Below, in pieces: positions 51,723-60,093 of a DNA stretch of 64,000 nucleotides; the first letter of the stretch is position 1, and every line of letters begins with the position of its first letter. The position numbers were made by a program, and so were the translations under genes. A model generated the notes under the pieces. It was not told where the DNA came from. It was given only the letters and a program-made list of their open reading frames with translations, and searched no databases. Location of the stretch: assembly GCA_958295675.1 (NCBI GenBank), contig OY282360.1:125810-189809 (forward strand). Reading direction: 5' to 3'. The stretch comes from Minisyncoccota bacterium. Its GTDB lineage: Bacteria > Patescibacteriota > Minisyncoccia > Phycocordibacterales > JABAAK01.

Positions 51723-52949
51723 CTATTTTCTGTAGGTAAATTTGTGCAATGATTTAATAATAAAGTACCAGCAGAGTACCAAGAGTATATAGTACGCAGT
51801 AAAAAGCAATTGTTTTAGCCAATTTGGAGAATTAACAAGCTTTTCAAGATTTTCTATGTTTTCAAACATGAAATGAGGAAGTGTAGGAAATAGGAGCGAA
51901 AGATTAAAAGAACAAGTCATGAATGATACTATAGAAAATAAAACAAGGAGTATCACTAATGGTTTTGTATAATTCAATCCTCCTCCGAAAAACTTGGAAA
52001 TATATATTATAAGTTTTTCCAAGAATGATAATCTTTTCATCTTTAACTCTTGCTGTAGATATTTCTGATGCGCGAATAATGCCTGTATCTGATCATCTCT
52101 TTCTTTTTGAAACATTTTTATTATTTTGAAGAAATATCGTTTTGATTCCGGCGTATGATTTTCATTATTTGGATCTATATCCATTTTTTCAGAAAAATAA
52201 ATATCATGTATACCATTCTTTTCTTGTCCAAGATAATTAGCAATTTGATAAATATCTGTTATTTTATTGATGACGCTTTCTCCTAAAAATTCCACAAGTG
52301 GACATTGTCCAAACCTAAAATCAGTTTCTGAAATTGTACAATTTTCAAACGCCAATCTTACCGTTGCTGTTGTATTTTTCAACTTAGCAATATTCTTATT
52401 CTTTATAACTTCATTACGAAAAGTACAGTTTAAGAAACTAATATCTCTTCCATTATTACCTTCTTTATTAATTTCTTTGAAAAACTTCTCATGTATTTCA
52501 TGAGAGACAGTATTTAAATGTGAAATTTCTCCAGTGATACAGTTGTCTTTAAATTCAATACAGCCATTATAATTTTCAATCCTTTCCGCATTAAAATTTT
52601 CAATATCATTGTTTTTGATACGAAACTTGACTACTTGATAACGCCCGTTTCTTTTTTTATAAAGAAATCTACAGTATGTATTTTGTTTTTTAAAATGATC
52701 ATCAAAATAGACATTGGAAATTTTCTTTTTTTCTATTGTCAAATAACCGGTTCGTGTATCAAATTTGCCTCTCTCTCTTAGAATAAAAAAGGGCTCGCTA
52801 GGCATGCCACCCAAAAGACTTTTGTGTATCTCTTTACCATTTGTATCTTGAATACGAAGGTGAGGGCTAGAAATTAAAAAGAAACCGTGATTTTTCTCAT
52901 CAAAAAGAGATCTAATATGTTCAATAATATTTATACGATTATCTGTCAT
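51723..52949 (-). CDS. hypothetical protein with an internal N-C-T/I repeat-like region and 2 C-terminal TM helices
   Basis: Repeated F-x-N-C-[TI] segments reminiscent of pentapeptide-like repeats. No firm family assignment. Confidence 0.4.
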   Translation of the reverse strand: MTDNRINIIEHIRSLFDEKNHGFFLISSPHLRIQDTNGKEIHKSLLGGMPSEPFFILRERGKFDTRTGYLTIEKKKISNVYFDDHFKKQNTYCRFLYKKRNGRYQVVKFRIKNNDIENFNAERIENYNGCIEFKDNCITGEISHLNTVSHEIHEKFFKEINKEGNNGRDISFLNCTFRNEVIKNKNIAKLKNTTATVRLAFENCTISETDFRFGQCPLVEFLGESVINKITDIYQIANYLGQEKNGIHDIYFSEKMDIDPNNENHTPESKRYFFKIIKMFQKERDDQIQALFAHQKYLQQELKMKRLSFLEKLIIYISKFFGGGLNYTKPLVILLVLFSIVSFMTCSFNLSLLFPTLPHFMFENIENLEKLVNSPNWLKQLLFTAYYILLVLCWYFIIKSLHKFTYRK

Positions 52950-53022
52950 GTTTTATATTTTTCCTGTTCCTATTCATAGGATTATTTAGTATACAGCCTT
53001 TCTTTACGACAGCAAATCTATC

Positions 53023-53122
53023 AAAAATAATACGCCCTGATTGCATCCACGCATGTGTTCCATCTCTCCTCGCCTAATTTTTTCGTTGTTTTTCCGTATT
53101 TCAGATTTTCTCTCGGGAACAG
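53023..53122 (+). repeat. Q-repeat copy 1 (100 bp, 99% identical to 55923-56022)
   Basis: Direct reading shows one mismatch. It corresponds to the 3' end (last ~33 codons) of the minus-strand gene 55921..56304. Confidence 0.85.
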
Positions 53123-53201
53123 AGAGTATTATTTGATGCTAGAATTTATTTTTTGTAGATTTGGCACTGTGCATTTCTAATTAAGGTGTATACTGAAATA
53201 T

Positions 53202-54038
53202 ATGGCCACCAAGACCCGATACAAAGGTCCGCGCATCAAGATGAAAGAGAAAGAGGTACCTCATTACTTTAATTATGAGGATATTTATATTTATCAGGGT
53301 AATATTTTAGATGTGCCACATATTAAAAAATCATCTGTTGATTTGATCATAACCTCACCACCATACAATGTGGATATCAGTTATAATTCACATAAGGATG
53401 ATTCAACGTATGAGGATTATTTGAAGTTTACAGAAAAATGGTTGGAAAAATGTTACGACTTAGCAAACGATGCCGGACGATTTTGTCTCAATATCCCATT
53501 AGATAAAAATAAAGGCGGGCAACAGTCAGTGTGTGCTGATATCACCAGTATTGCTAAACAAATTGGTTGGAAATATCATTCAACAATTATTTGGAATGAA
53601 GGAAATATATCGCGTCGGACAGCATGGGGTTCTTGGTTGTCTGCGTCTGCTCCCTATGTTATCGCTCCGGTAGAAGTCATCGTTATTTTGTATAAAAATG
53701 AATGGAAGAAGGAAAAAAATGAAAAAGAGAATGACATTACCAAACAAGAATTTATGGATTGGACTAATGGAGTGTGGACATTCTCTGGTCAAAGTAAAAA
53801 AGGAGCCGGCGGGCATCCAGCTGCCTTTCCGCTTGAATTACCTCGCCGATGTGTTAAATTATTCAGTTTTGTTGGTGACACTGTTTTTGATCCGTTTTTG
53901 GGAAGTGGTTCAACCCTTATAGCAGCGCGCTTACATAATAGAAAGAGTATTGGGGTTGATATTGATAAAGAGTACTGTGATATAGCCATTGAAAGATTGC
54001 GCAAAGAGGCAAATATTGATCAAGGTAATTTATTTTAA
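53202..54038 (+). CDS. Type II DNA methyltransferase, beta-class N6_N4_Mtase (motif IV SPPY, motif I DPFLGSGST)
   Basis: DLIITSPPY comes before the C-terminal FDPFLGSGST, the circular permutation typical of N4C/N6A beta MTases. Confidence 0.8.
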   Translation: MATKTRYKGPRIKMKEKEVPHYFNYEDIYIYQGNILDVPHIKKSSVDLIITSPPYNVDISYNSHKDDSTYEDYLKFTEKWLEKCYDLANDAGRFCLNIPLDKNKGGQQSVCADITSIAKQIGWKYHSTIIWNEGNISRRTAWGSWLSASAPYVIAPVEVIVILYKNEWKKEKNEKENDITKQEFMDWTNGVWTFSGQSKKGAGGHPAAFPLELPRRCVKLFSFVGDTVFDPFLGSGSTLIAARLHNRKSIGVDIDKEYCDIAIERLRKEANIDQGNLF

Positions 54039-54052
54039 TCTCTTTACAATGT

Positions 54053-54655
54053 ATGAAAAAGCACATATCAGAGAAAAGGCAAAAATCACAAAAAGATTTG
54101 ATATTGGAGTTTTTCAAAAAACACCCTAACAAGGATATATCACACCCAGAAGTTGTGGATTGGGCAACGAAGACATGGAAAAGGCAAACTGGCAGAGTTC
54201 TGCGAGATCCGGATAGAGCAGTTCGGATTTTACATGAAGAGGGGTATTTAATCAAAGTTGAAAAAGGTGTGTATCGCTACAATCCAAAGTCTGCCACTAA
54301 AAAGAAACAGCAGAATTTTACCGAAGTTCAAAAAAAGAAAATCTTAAAAAGAGATGGAAACAAATGCGTAATTTGCGGAAAAGGTAAGAAGGAAGGGATG
54401 GAGTTACATGTTGATCATATAAAACCAAAAGATCGTGGCGGTGAAGCAACTATAAGTAATGGACAAACTCTTTGTTCACAGCATAACTTTATGAAGAAAA
54501 ATGTAGATCAGACAGAAACAGGAAAGAAAATGTTCATTAGATTATACACACTTGCGAAAAAGGAGAAAAATAAAGGTTTACAAAAGTTTTGTGCTGATAT
54601 CCTAAAGACATACAAAAAACACAATGTAAATGGACATATTGAATGGGAAAAATAA
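54053..54655 (+). CDS. HNH endonuclease (putative cognate Type II restriction enzyme)
   Basis: CVICG...HVDHIKP...NGQTLCSQHN HNH motif. 15 nt downstream of the MTase gene. Confidence 0.65.
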   Translation: MKKHISEKRQKSQKDLILEFFKKHPNKDISHPEVVDWATKTWKRQTGRVLRDPDRAVRILHEEGYLIKVEKGVYRYNPKSATKKKQQNFTEVQKKKILKRDGNKCVICGKGKKEGMELHVDHIKPKDRGGEATISNGQTLCSQHNFMKKNVDQTETGKKMFIRLYTLAKKEKNKGLQKFCADILKTYKKHNVNGHIEWEK

Positions 54656-54744
54656 CAATTATTTCCGGCTTCGCACTATTGGTGAATAGGATTTTCAATG
54701 AAGGCAGATTGGATGAACATTCAGTATGTTCAAAAATGGAACAT

Positions 54745-54895
54745 ACTCCAAGGTGAATTGAGCGAAAATTCAACTATTAAGGATTTCTTAATAGTTCAAG
54801 AAATTTATTACAAAAACTGAAAAGAAGAGCCAACTTGTGCAAAATTTGCACAAGTTCAAAAAAAGAGAGCAGATGAGTTGGAATCCAGTGGATGG
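54745..54895 (+). repeat. P-repeat copy 3 (two hairpins + RBS + ATGAGTTGGAATCC start module leading into a 37-codon ORF)
   Basis: Aligned to copy 1. Hairpin A shows compensatory substitutions (CAGTCAAG/CTTGACAG versus CTATTAAG/CTTAATAG). Confidence 0.8.
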
Positions 54896-54992
54896 CGTTT
54901 GTTCATGGAGGTTTTCTTGCTCATTTGAATTGTTGCGGTCTATGCGGTACTATGTGAGGATATGCCCGAAGAGGAGAACTTAATAAATAAAC

Positions 54993-55700
54993 ATGGAAGA
55001 TACAGAGAAACATAAGGAATGGATTAAAGTGAATAAACAAAAGGTAATTGATCATTTTTGTTCCGGCATTGAACAGAGTGAATCCCCACTTGCCATTTTC
55101 ATGTGTGGATCTTCAGGTGCTGGTAAGACCGAAGAGGCGCGGAGATTAAAAGAGCATTTTGAAAAAAAGGGCACCAATCCGCATTTCGTGCATATTGACC
55201 AGGACATAGTAAAGGGGATGATTCCTGGATATAGTGGAGAGAATGCGGATATGTTTCAAGGTGCGGCATCAATCGGTGTTGATAAGATTCTCGATTACTG
55301 TTATAAGAAAAAATTACATTTTATTTTGGATTCCACCTTTTCTAGATACCCAAAAGCACAAAAAAATATAGCACGGGCTATCAAACAAAAAAGGCGTATA
55401 TTTATCATATATATTTACCAAGATCCTGAAGTGACCTGGAATTTTGTAGAAAATAGGAGAAAGGTTGAAAAGCGAAAAGTACCAATCGATGCTTTTGCAA
55501 ATTCTTACTTTGGCGCGTTTAAAACCATCAAGAAAATAAAGGAAGAGTATAAAACAAAGGTGTTATTGACTGTGGTAAACAAAGATACCGGCAAACAATA
55601 TATGAATGTGACAGGGGTTGACTCATATGTAAAAATGAAATACTCTAATAGTAAGAATCTAATAAAAAAACTTACAGAAGGAAACAATAAAATCACCTAA
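54993..55700 (+). CDS. P-loop kinase, zeta-toxin / AAA_33-like (putative toxin)
   Basis: Walker A GSSGAGKT near the N-terminus of a ~235-aa protein, in a defense context. Confidence 0.4.
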   Translation: MEDTEKHKEWIKVNKQKVIDHFCSGIEQSESPLAIFMCGSSGAGKTEEARRLKEHFEKKGTNPHFVHIDQDIVKGMIPGYSGENADMFQGAASIGVDKILDYCYKKKLHFILDSTFSRYPKAQKNIARAIKQKRRIFIIYIYQDPEVTWNFVENRRKVEKRKVPIDAFANSYFGAFKTIKKIKEEYKTKVLLTVVNKDTGKQYMNVTGVDSYVKMKYSNSKNLIKKLTEGNNKIT

Positions 55701-55920
55701 AATAGTATGAATTTTATCAAAATCATTTTCACATTTGGGAAAAGCAGGCAGGATGATGTAGCACATCCGAGTTCATTATTTGGTGTTTCCGCTCGGGAAG
55801 AAAAGAAAATTTGGAAAGAGATAACAAGGAAAGCAACTGAAGATCAGGAAAAGGTTACCAGAAAGGCAAACGCAATGAAGACAAGGAGCTTATAAACAGG
55901 TATCTGTTTATCCCGCACCG

Positions 55921-56304
55921 TTAAAAATAATACGCCCTGATTGCATCCACGCATGTGTTCCATCTCTCCTCACCTAATTTTTTCGTTGTTTTTCCGTATT
56001 TCAGATTTTCTCTCGGGAACAGGTAGCAGAGTGTGATTTTCTTGTGCAGGGTATCTATGACACACAGCATTCTGAAAGCATTTTTTCCTTTGATGCCCGG
56101 ATTCGGCAGATGTATATCCCATATCCCGACATTGCTATTCTTATAATATATCCTTTTAGATCTGCTCGTTACGACACATTCAAATGTCTCCAGTACCTGT
56201 GTTAAATTTTCTTTAAATTTTGAAGATAGTTTCTTACTGTCCGTGAATCTGTAGAAATCTTTTTCTGAGGTATGATATGCAATGCTGTTTTTTAGCGTGG
56301 GCAT
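55921..56304 (-). CDS. putative RelE/ParE-superfamily (HigB/Gp49-like) toxin
   Basis: ~127 aa with a GIWDIHLPNPG...FRMLCVID...LCYLFPR pattern resembling RelE/ParE-fold toxins. Lies downstream of the Panacea-domain gene on the same strand. Confidence 0.35.
   Translation of the reverse strand: MPTLKNSIAYHTSEKDFYRFTDSKKLSSKFKENLTQVLETFECVVTSRSKRIYYKNSNVGIWDIHLPNPGIKGKNAFRMLCVIDTLHKKITLCYLFPRENLKYGKTTKKLGEERWNTCVDAIRAYYF
55923..56022 (+). repeat. Q-repeat copy 2
   Basis: See copy 1. Overlaps the 3' end of the 55921..56304 (-) gene. Confidence 0.85.
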
Positions 56305-56320
56305 GAGATTCCTTCATAGA

Positions 56321-56800
56321 TCAAATAATATCTATATCAGTCGCATATTTGTACCGTATATTCTCACCGGGTGATGAGTAAAACCACGGTGCTTCAAGGT
56401 GTGTCTGCGCTATGATTTTTTTGGTGTTCCATGTTTTAAATTTCCTGCATATTTTCTCAAGCAATTCTTTTTCTGTTTTGGTGAAAACGCTCATGGACGG
56501 TTCAGATTTCGCCCGATAGCGCACCTTGTGTCCTCCTTCGTCAAGGAGCACCTCCTCCCGTTCTATGACATTGTCTCCGACAAGCGATGAGATAATTTCC
56601 CGCGCTTTTTTGGGGACCGGACCGAAGTCCAGATGGCAGTAGACATCTCCCGTGACACTTTTGCCCCGTTCCCGGTGATTGACGAAGTCAAAGTAGTAGA
56701 GCAGCTTGTTCAGCTTTGTTTCCCCAAGATACTGGTTATTGCAGTGCTTGATGAAATAGAGCACTGTATGTTTATATTTTTTTTCCTGCTGTTTGTCCAT
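56321..56800 (-). CDS. Panacea (DUF4065) domain antitoxin-like protein (SocA/PanA-like)
   Basis: TKLNKLLYYFDF...GKSVTGDVYCHLDFGPVP matches the Panacea core. Start trimmed to MDKQQ. Confidence 0.55.
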   Translation of the reverse strand: MDKQQEKKYKHTVLYFIKHCNNQYLGETKLNKLLYYFDFVNHRERGKSVTGDVYCHLDFGPVPKKAREIISSLVGDNVIEREEVLLDEGGHKVRYRAKSEPSMSVFTKTEKELLEKICRKFKTWNTKKIIAQTHLEAPWFYSSPGENIRYKYATDIDII

Positions 56801-56951
56801 GGTGTGACTGCACAGTAGTAGTATACAACCTTTCTTTTGCACGCACAAATGTTTGGCGCACGGTGTGCATTATTGTCAAAAATGAGTATACTATGACACA
56901 TGCCATTGCAGAATGAGCATGTTCTTTTAACTCACACCGAAAGGAGGAACC

Positions 56952-58172
56952 ATGAGAAATATGCTTGGAGCGGGGTTGTTTCTGTTGCTCGTTGCATGCA
57001 GTGGAGGCGGAAACATCAGCAATGATTCTGAAAAAACCAGGATCGTGCCGGAAAAACCGTATGCCGTGCTTGAAGAGGGCGATGAAGATCTTTCCCATGT
57101 CATCCGGTTGCTTGAGCAGGTTACATGGAGATCAATAACGGTCGGCAGTACTGCTCCCGGCATGCTGTTGGACGAATTGAAGACCGCGCTGGAAGGAAAC
57201 GATCGCAGATTGAGCAATCTTGCGGAAGACATGATGCGGAGCTATCAGTTCATGATCAACGATCGGGAAGAAACAATCAATCTGTGGGCACCGCGGCTGA
57301 TGGATATCGGTATTTCCGAAAGCGCGCCGTACGACGAGATCGTTCGCATAGCGGAAGGTATCGGTCTCAGGTTGCTCCCGCACGATGCCGCCGCGCAATT
57401 GGTGCTGCAGCATGACACGGCAGGCGTGTACGAGCATTTCATTGCCACAGCCCCTGTTGACGGGGAAGACGGCAATCCGCGTGTTTTTTCCGTGTCGCGC
57501 GGCTCTGTCGGAAGCAGGGATGTTTCCGATCAGGTAGAATGGCGCGCATGTGAACAGTGGGTGTTTCAGATTCCGGACGGGGTGAATATTGAAAGTTATC
57601 TTTCATTGTTCAAGTACCAATGGGATACGAAACACTGGCGCAATGATCGGGCAATTCTGAAAACGGTCAGTGTGTCCGGCAGGCAGCCGAATCAGCTGCT
57701 GGCGGCGCATGAGGAGCGGGACATTTTTGTCAGCGGCGGCGCGAAGAACATACTGGAGGCACTGGAAGTGCTGCCGGCTGTTGTTGAAGCGGGTGATGAA
57801 ATTGATCTGATCGCCGTCTCGGTCGGTGAGCTCGGTTTTGAGTTCGCCACCTTTCCGGAGATCGTTGAGCGCGCGGAAGAGCGCGGATTAGCACTTGTCC
57901 CGCCCGAAATCGGTCCTGAATTCCGTCTTCAGTATCCTGAGCAGCAGGCGAACGAATGGTTGTTTATCGGCATGGAACCGGTACAGACACCCTCCCTGCC
58001 GAGGATTTTCCTCGTCGTGCAGGATATCGGCATTGAGCCGGACGACAGCAGAAATCGTCCGTGGTTGCTGAGTGTCGCCATGTGGGAAGGACGGGTGTTT
58101 CAGGAGTGCGATTGGTTTGTCTTCGGGAAACCGAGACAGCGGGCAAGCGCGCGAATACCGAGAATGCGGTAA
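56952..58172 (+). CDS. hypothetical lipoprotein (lipobox LVAC), GC-normal
   Basis: Signal peptide and lipobox. Confidence 0.45.
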   Translation: MRNMLGAGLFLLLVACSGGGNISNDSEKTRIVPEKPYAVLEEGDEDLSHVIRLLEQVTWRSITVGSTAPGMLLDELKTALEGNDRRLSNLAEDMMRSYQFMINDREETINLWAPRLMDIGISESAPYDEIVRIAEGIGLRLLPHDAAAQLVLQHDTAGVYEHFIATAPVDGEDGNPRVFSVSRGSVGSRDVSDQVEWRACEQWVFQIPDGVNIESYLSLFKYQWDTKHWRNDRAILKTVSVSGRQPNQLLAAHEERDIFVSGGAKNILEALEVLPAVVEAGDEIDLIAVSVGELGFEFATFPEIVERAEERGLALVPPEIGPEFRLQYPEQQANEWLFIGMEPVQTPSLPRIFLVVQDIGIEPDDSRNRPWLLSVAMWEGRVFQECDWFVFGKPRQRASARIPRMR

Positions 58173-58251
58173 TCCGTCGCACTACATACATCCGACTGAT
58201 GCAGTCGGATGTATTTTTTGTATATATATGCACCTGCCGAAAAATAGCGTA

Positions 58252-59466
58252 TCACTCCAGCACCTGATAGCGTTTCTTCAGTTCTAAAATGCGGTTCGCT
58301 GATGTGTAAATCTGCTCTTCAGACACATCGCCGTCGCGCACCGCGTCCATGACGGCATCCCGAACTTCGTACACATGAGCAAGGTCATAGGTGCCGATCT
58401 GGTTGGCAAGCAGAATGATGTCAACGCCCGCCTGTATTGTTTTAACCGCCGCTTCCGCCAGTCCGTATGCTTCAACAATGGCACCCATCTGCATGTCGTC
58501 TGAGATAACGACACCGTCAAAGCCGAGTTCATTCCGCAGAAGTTCTGTGATAATCGCGTATGACAGTGTTCCCGGCAGACCGTCCTGTTCCAGATTTCTG
58601 TTCACAATGTGCGCGGTCATAACAGGGTCGGTGTAGCCGTTTTTGATAAGGAGGCGGTACGGTTCCAGTTCCTTATCCCGATCGTAGGTGTCCGTCACAT
58701 CAGTCACGCCGAGGTGCGTGTCGCCCGAAGCGCTGCCGTGTCCGGGGAAATGCTTTATTGCCGGGATGATGTTCTGCGCGTGCAGTCCGTCAATAAACGC
58801 GCCGGCATGCGCCGCGACAACTTCAGGATCATCGCTGAACGATCGCTCTATATTGCCGATAGCGGGACTTGTCGGATCTATATTGACATCAACGACCGGA
58901 GCGAAGTTCCAGTTAATGCCCGCATCACGCAGTTCTCCGGCAAGTTCCTCGGCGATACGCCGCGTTTCGGAAGAAGCACCGGCACCGAGTTTCTGGGCAG
59001 ACGGCACCACAACGGGAAAGCCGTACTTTTTCTTCAACCGGTTAACATAGCCGCCTTCCGCGTCAACCGCGATAAACAGGGGAGTCGAGGACATGCGCTG
59101 CAGTTGTTCAGTGAGGGATCGTACCTGTTCGGGTGACTCTATATTCCGTGTTTCCTCGCCTTTGCTCGGCAGATCGTAATCAAACAGCACCACGCCGCCG
59201 GGCTTGATATCCCGCAGCACCGTTTCAACCGCATCGCCCGCCTCACGGCCACGAAAGCCGATCATCAGCATCTGTCCGACCGCTTCCTGCAATGTCAGCG
59301 TCTCATTTTCTTCGGGTGGCGGAGGAGGCACATCCCGCGCTGTGCCGCGATAGATAAAGACAGATCCGATGATAAGCAGAGCAACAAGAATCCATAGTAT
59401 CGTCATCCCGGACTTTGTTTCTTCCTTTTGCGTTTTGTTCTCTGCTGTATCCGTGCCTTCCTGCAT
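58252..59466 (-). CDS. nagZ: beta-N-acetylhexosaminidase, glycoside hydrolase family 3 (NagZ-like), TM-anchored
   Basis: KHFPGHG motif and GH3 N-terminal domain pattern. Confidence 0.8.
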   Translation of the reverse strand: MQEGTDTAENKTQKEETKSGMTILWILVALLIIGSVFIYRGTARDVPPPPPEENETLTLQEAVGQMLMIGFRGREAGDAVETVLRDIKPGGVVLFDYDLPSKGEETRNIESPEQVRSLTEQLQRMSSTPLFIAVDAEGGYVNRLKKKYGFPVVVPSAQKLGAGASSETRRIAEELAGELRDAGINWNFAPVVDVNIDPTSPAIGNIERSFSDDPEVVAAHAGAFIDGLHAQNIIPAIKHFPGHGSASGDTHLGVTDVTDTYDRDKELEPYRLLIKNGYTDPVMTAHIVNRNLEQDGLPGTLSYAIITELLRNELGFDGVVISDDMQMGAIVEAYGLAEAAVKTIQAGVDIILLANQIGTYDLAHVYEVRDAVMDAVRDGDVSEEQIYTSANRILELKKRYQVLE

Positions 59467-59521
59467 ACATGCACTATACCACGCTACCGCATATATGGAA
59501 TATGTACTATATTGGGTTATT

Positions 59522-60016
59522 ATGGATCAGAAAGAATTAAAAGAAATCATTGAGAGGGCATGGGATGCTGTAAAGAAAAGGGAAGAGTGGGTAATAAAAA
59601 ATATTAATGTTTCTGAATGGGCAATATCCGCATCTTTATATTGTGAACTGCGGTGTGATAATAGGTTAAAGGAATGGGATATTCATGCAGAGTATAATAA
59701 GCAGGGAACGGATGAAAAACAGAAGAAAATGTCAGATGACAAACCAATACGACCTGATATTGTAATACACAGAGCCGGTAAGACAGATAAGTGTGACAAT
59801 TTGCTGTATATTGAAGTAAAAAAGGAAAAAGTAAAAAAGGAAAAGGGGGATGAAAATATATATCCTGAAGATATAGAAAAATGTGAGGATGTTACCGATG
59901 TGCCAGGAGGAGAAAGAAGTTTTCAATATCAATATGCATTACTACTTGCTTACAACAAAGAAGAAGGCGATGCAACAATACGCTGGTTTAAGAATGGTAA
60001 GGAAATAGAAAATTAA
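59522..60016 (+). CDS. small PD-(D/E)xK-like nuclease-fold protein (AT-rich)
   Basis: RPDIVIH...LLYIEVKK fits a D...E-x-K core. Weak evidence. Confidence 0.3.
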   Translation: MDQKELKEIIERAWDAVKKREEWVIKNINVSEWAISASLYCELRCDNRLKEWDIHAEYNKQGTDEKQKKMSDDKPIRPDIVIHRAGKTDKCDNLLYIEVKKEKVKKEKGDENIYPEDIEKCEDVTDVPGGERSFQYQYALLLAYNKEEGDATIRWFKNGKEIEN

Positions 60017-60093
60017 ACAAGTTATGTAGAAAGCACTCTATGACAGGTTGCATTTAGAGTAAATACGCTACAATTTGAATACACGGGTAAAAA

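Larger units (their letters stand above)
43776..56900. mobile_element. AT-rich accessory / defense island abutting the tRNA-Met 3' end (no integrase or transposase seen)
   Basis: Sharp drop in GC content starting 1 nt after the tRNA CCA. The stretch is dense with RM, TA and nuclease genes and with direct repeats. Confidence 0.5.

Noticed and set aside
55707-55895. 62-aa ORF downstream of the zeta-like kinase
   Set aside because: It is short and has no motif. It could be a TA partner but cannot be supported.
50855-56022. CRISPR array interpretation of the P/Q repeats
   Set aside because: There are only 2-3 copies and they are kilobases apart. They are 100-150 bp long, unequal, and overlap RBS and start codons. 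They are not CRISPR-like.
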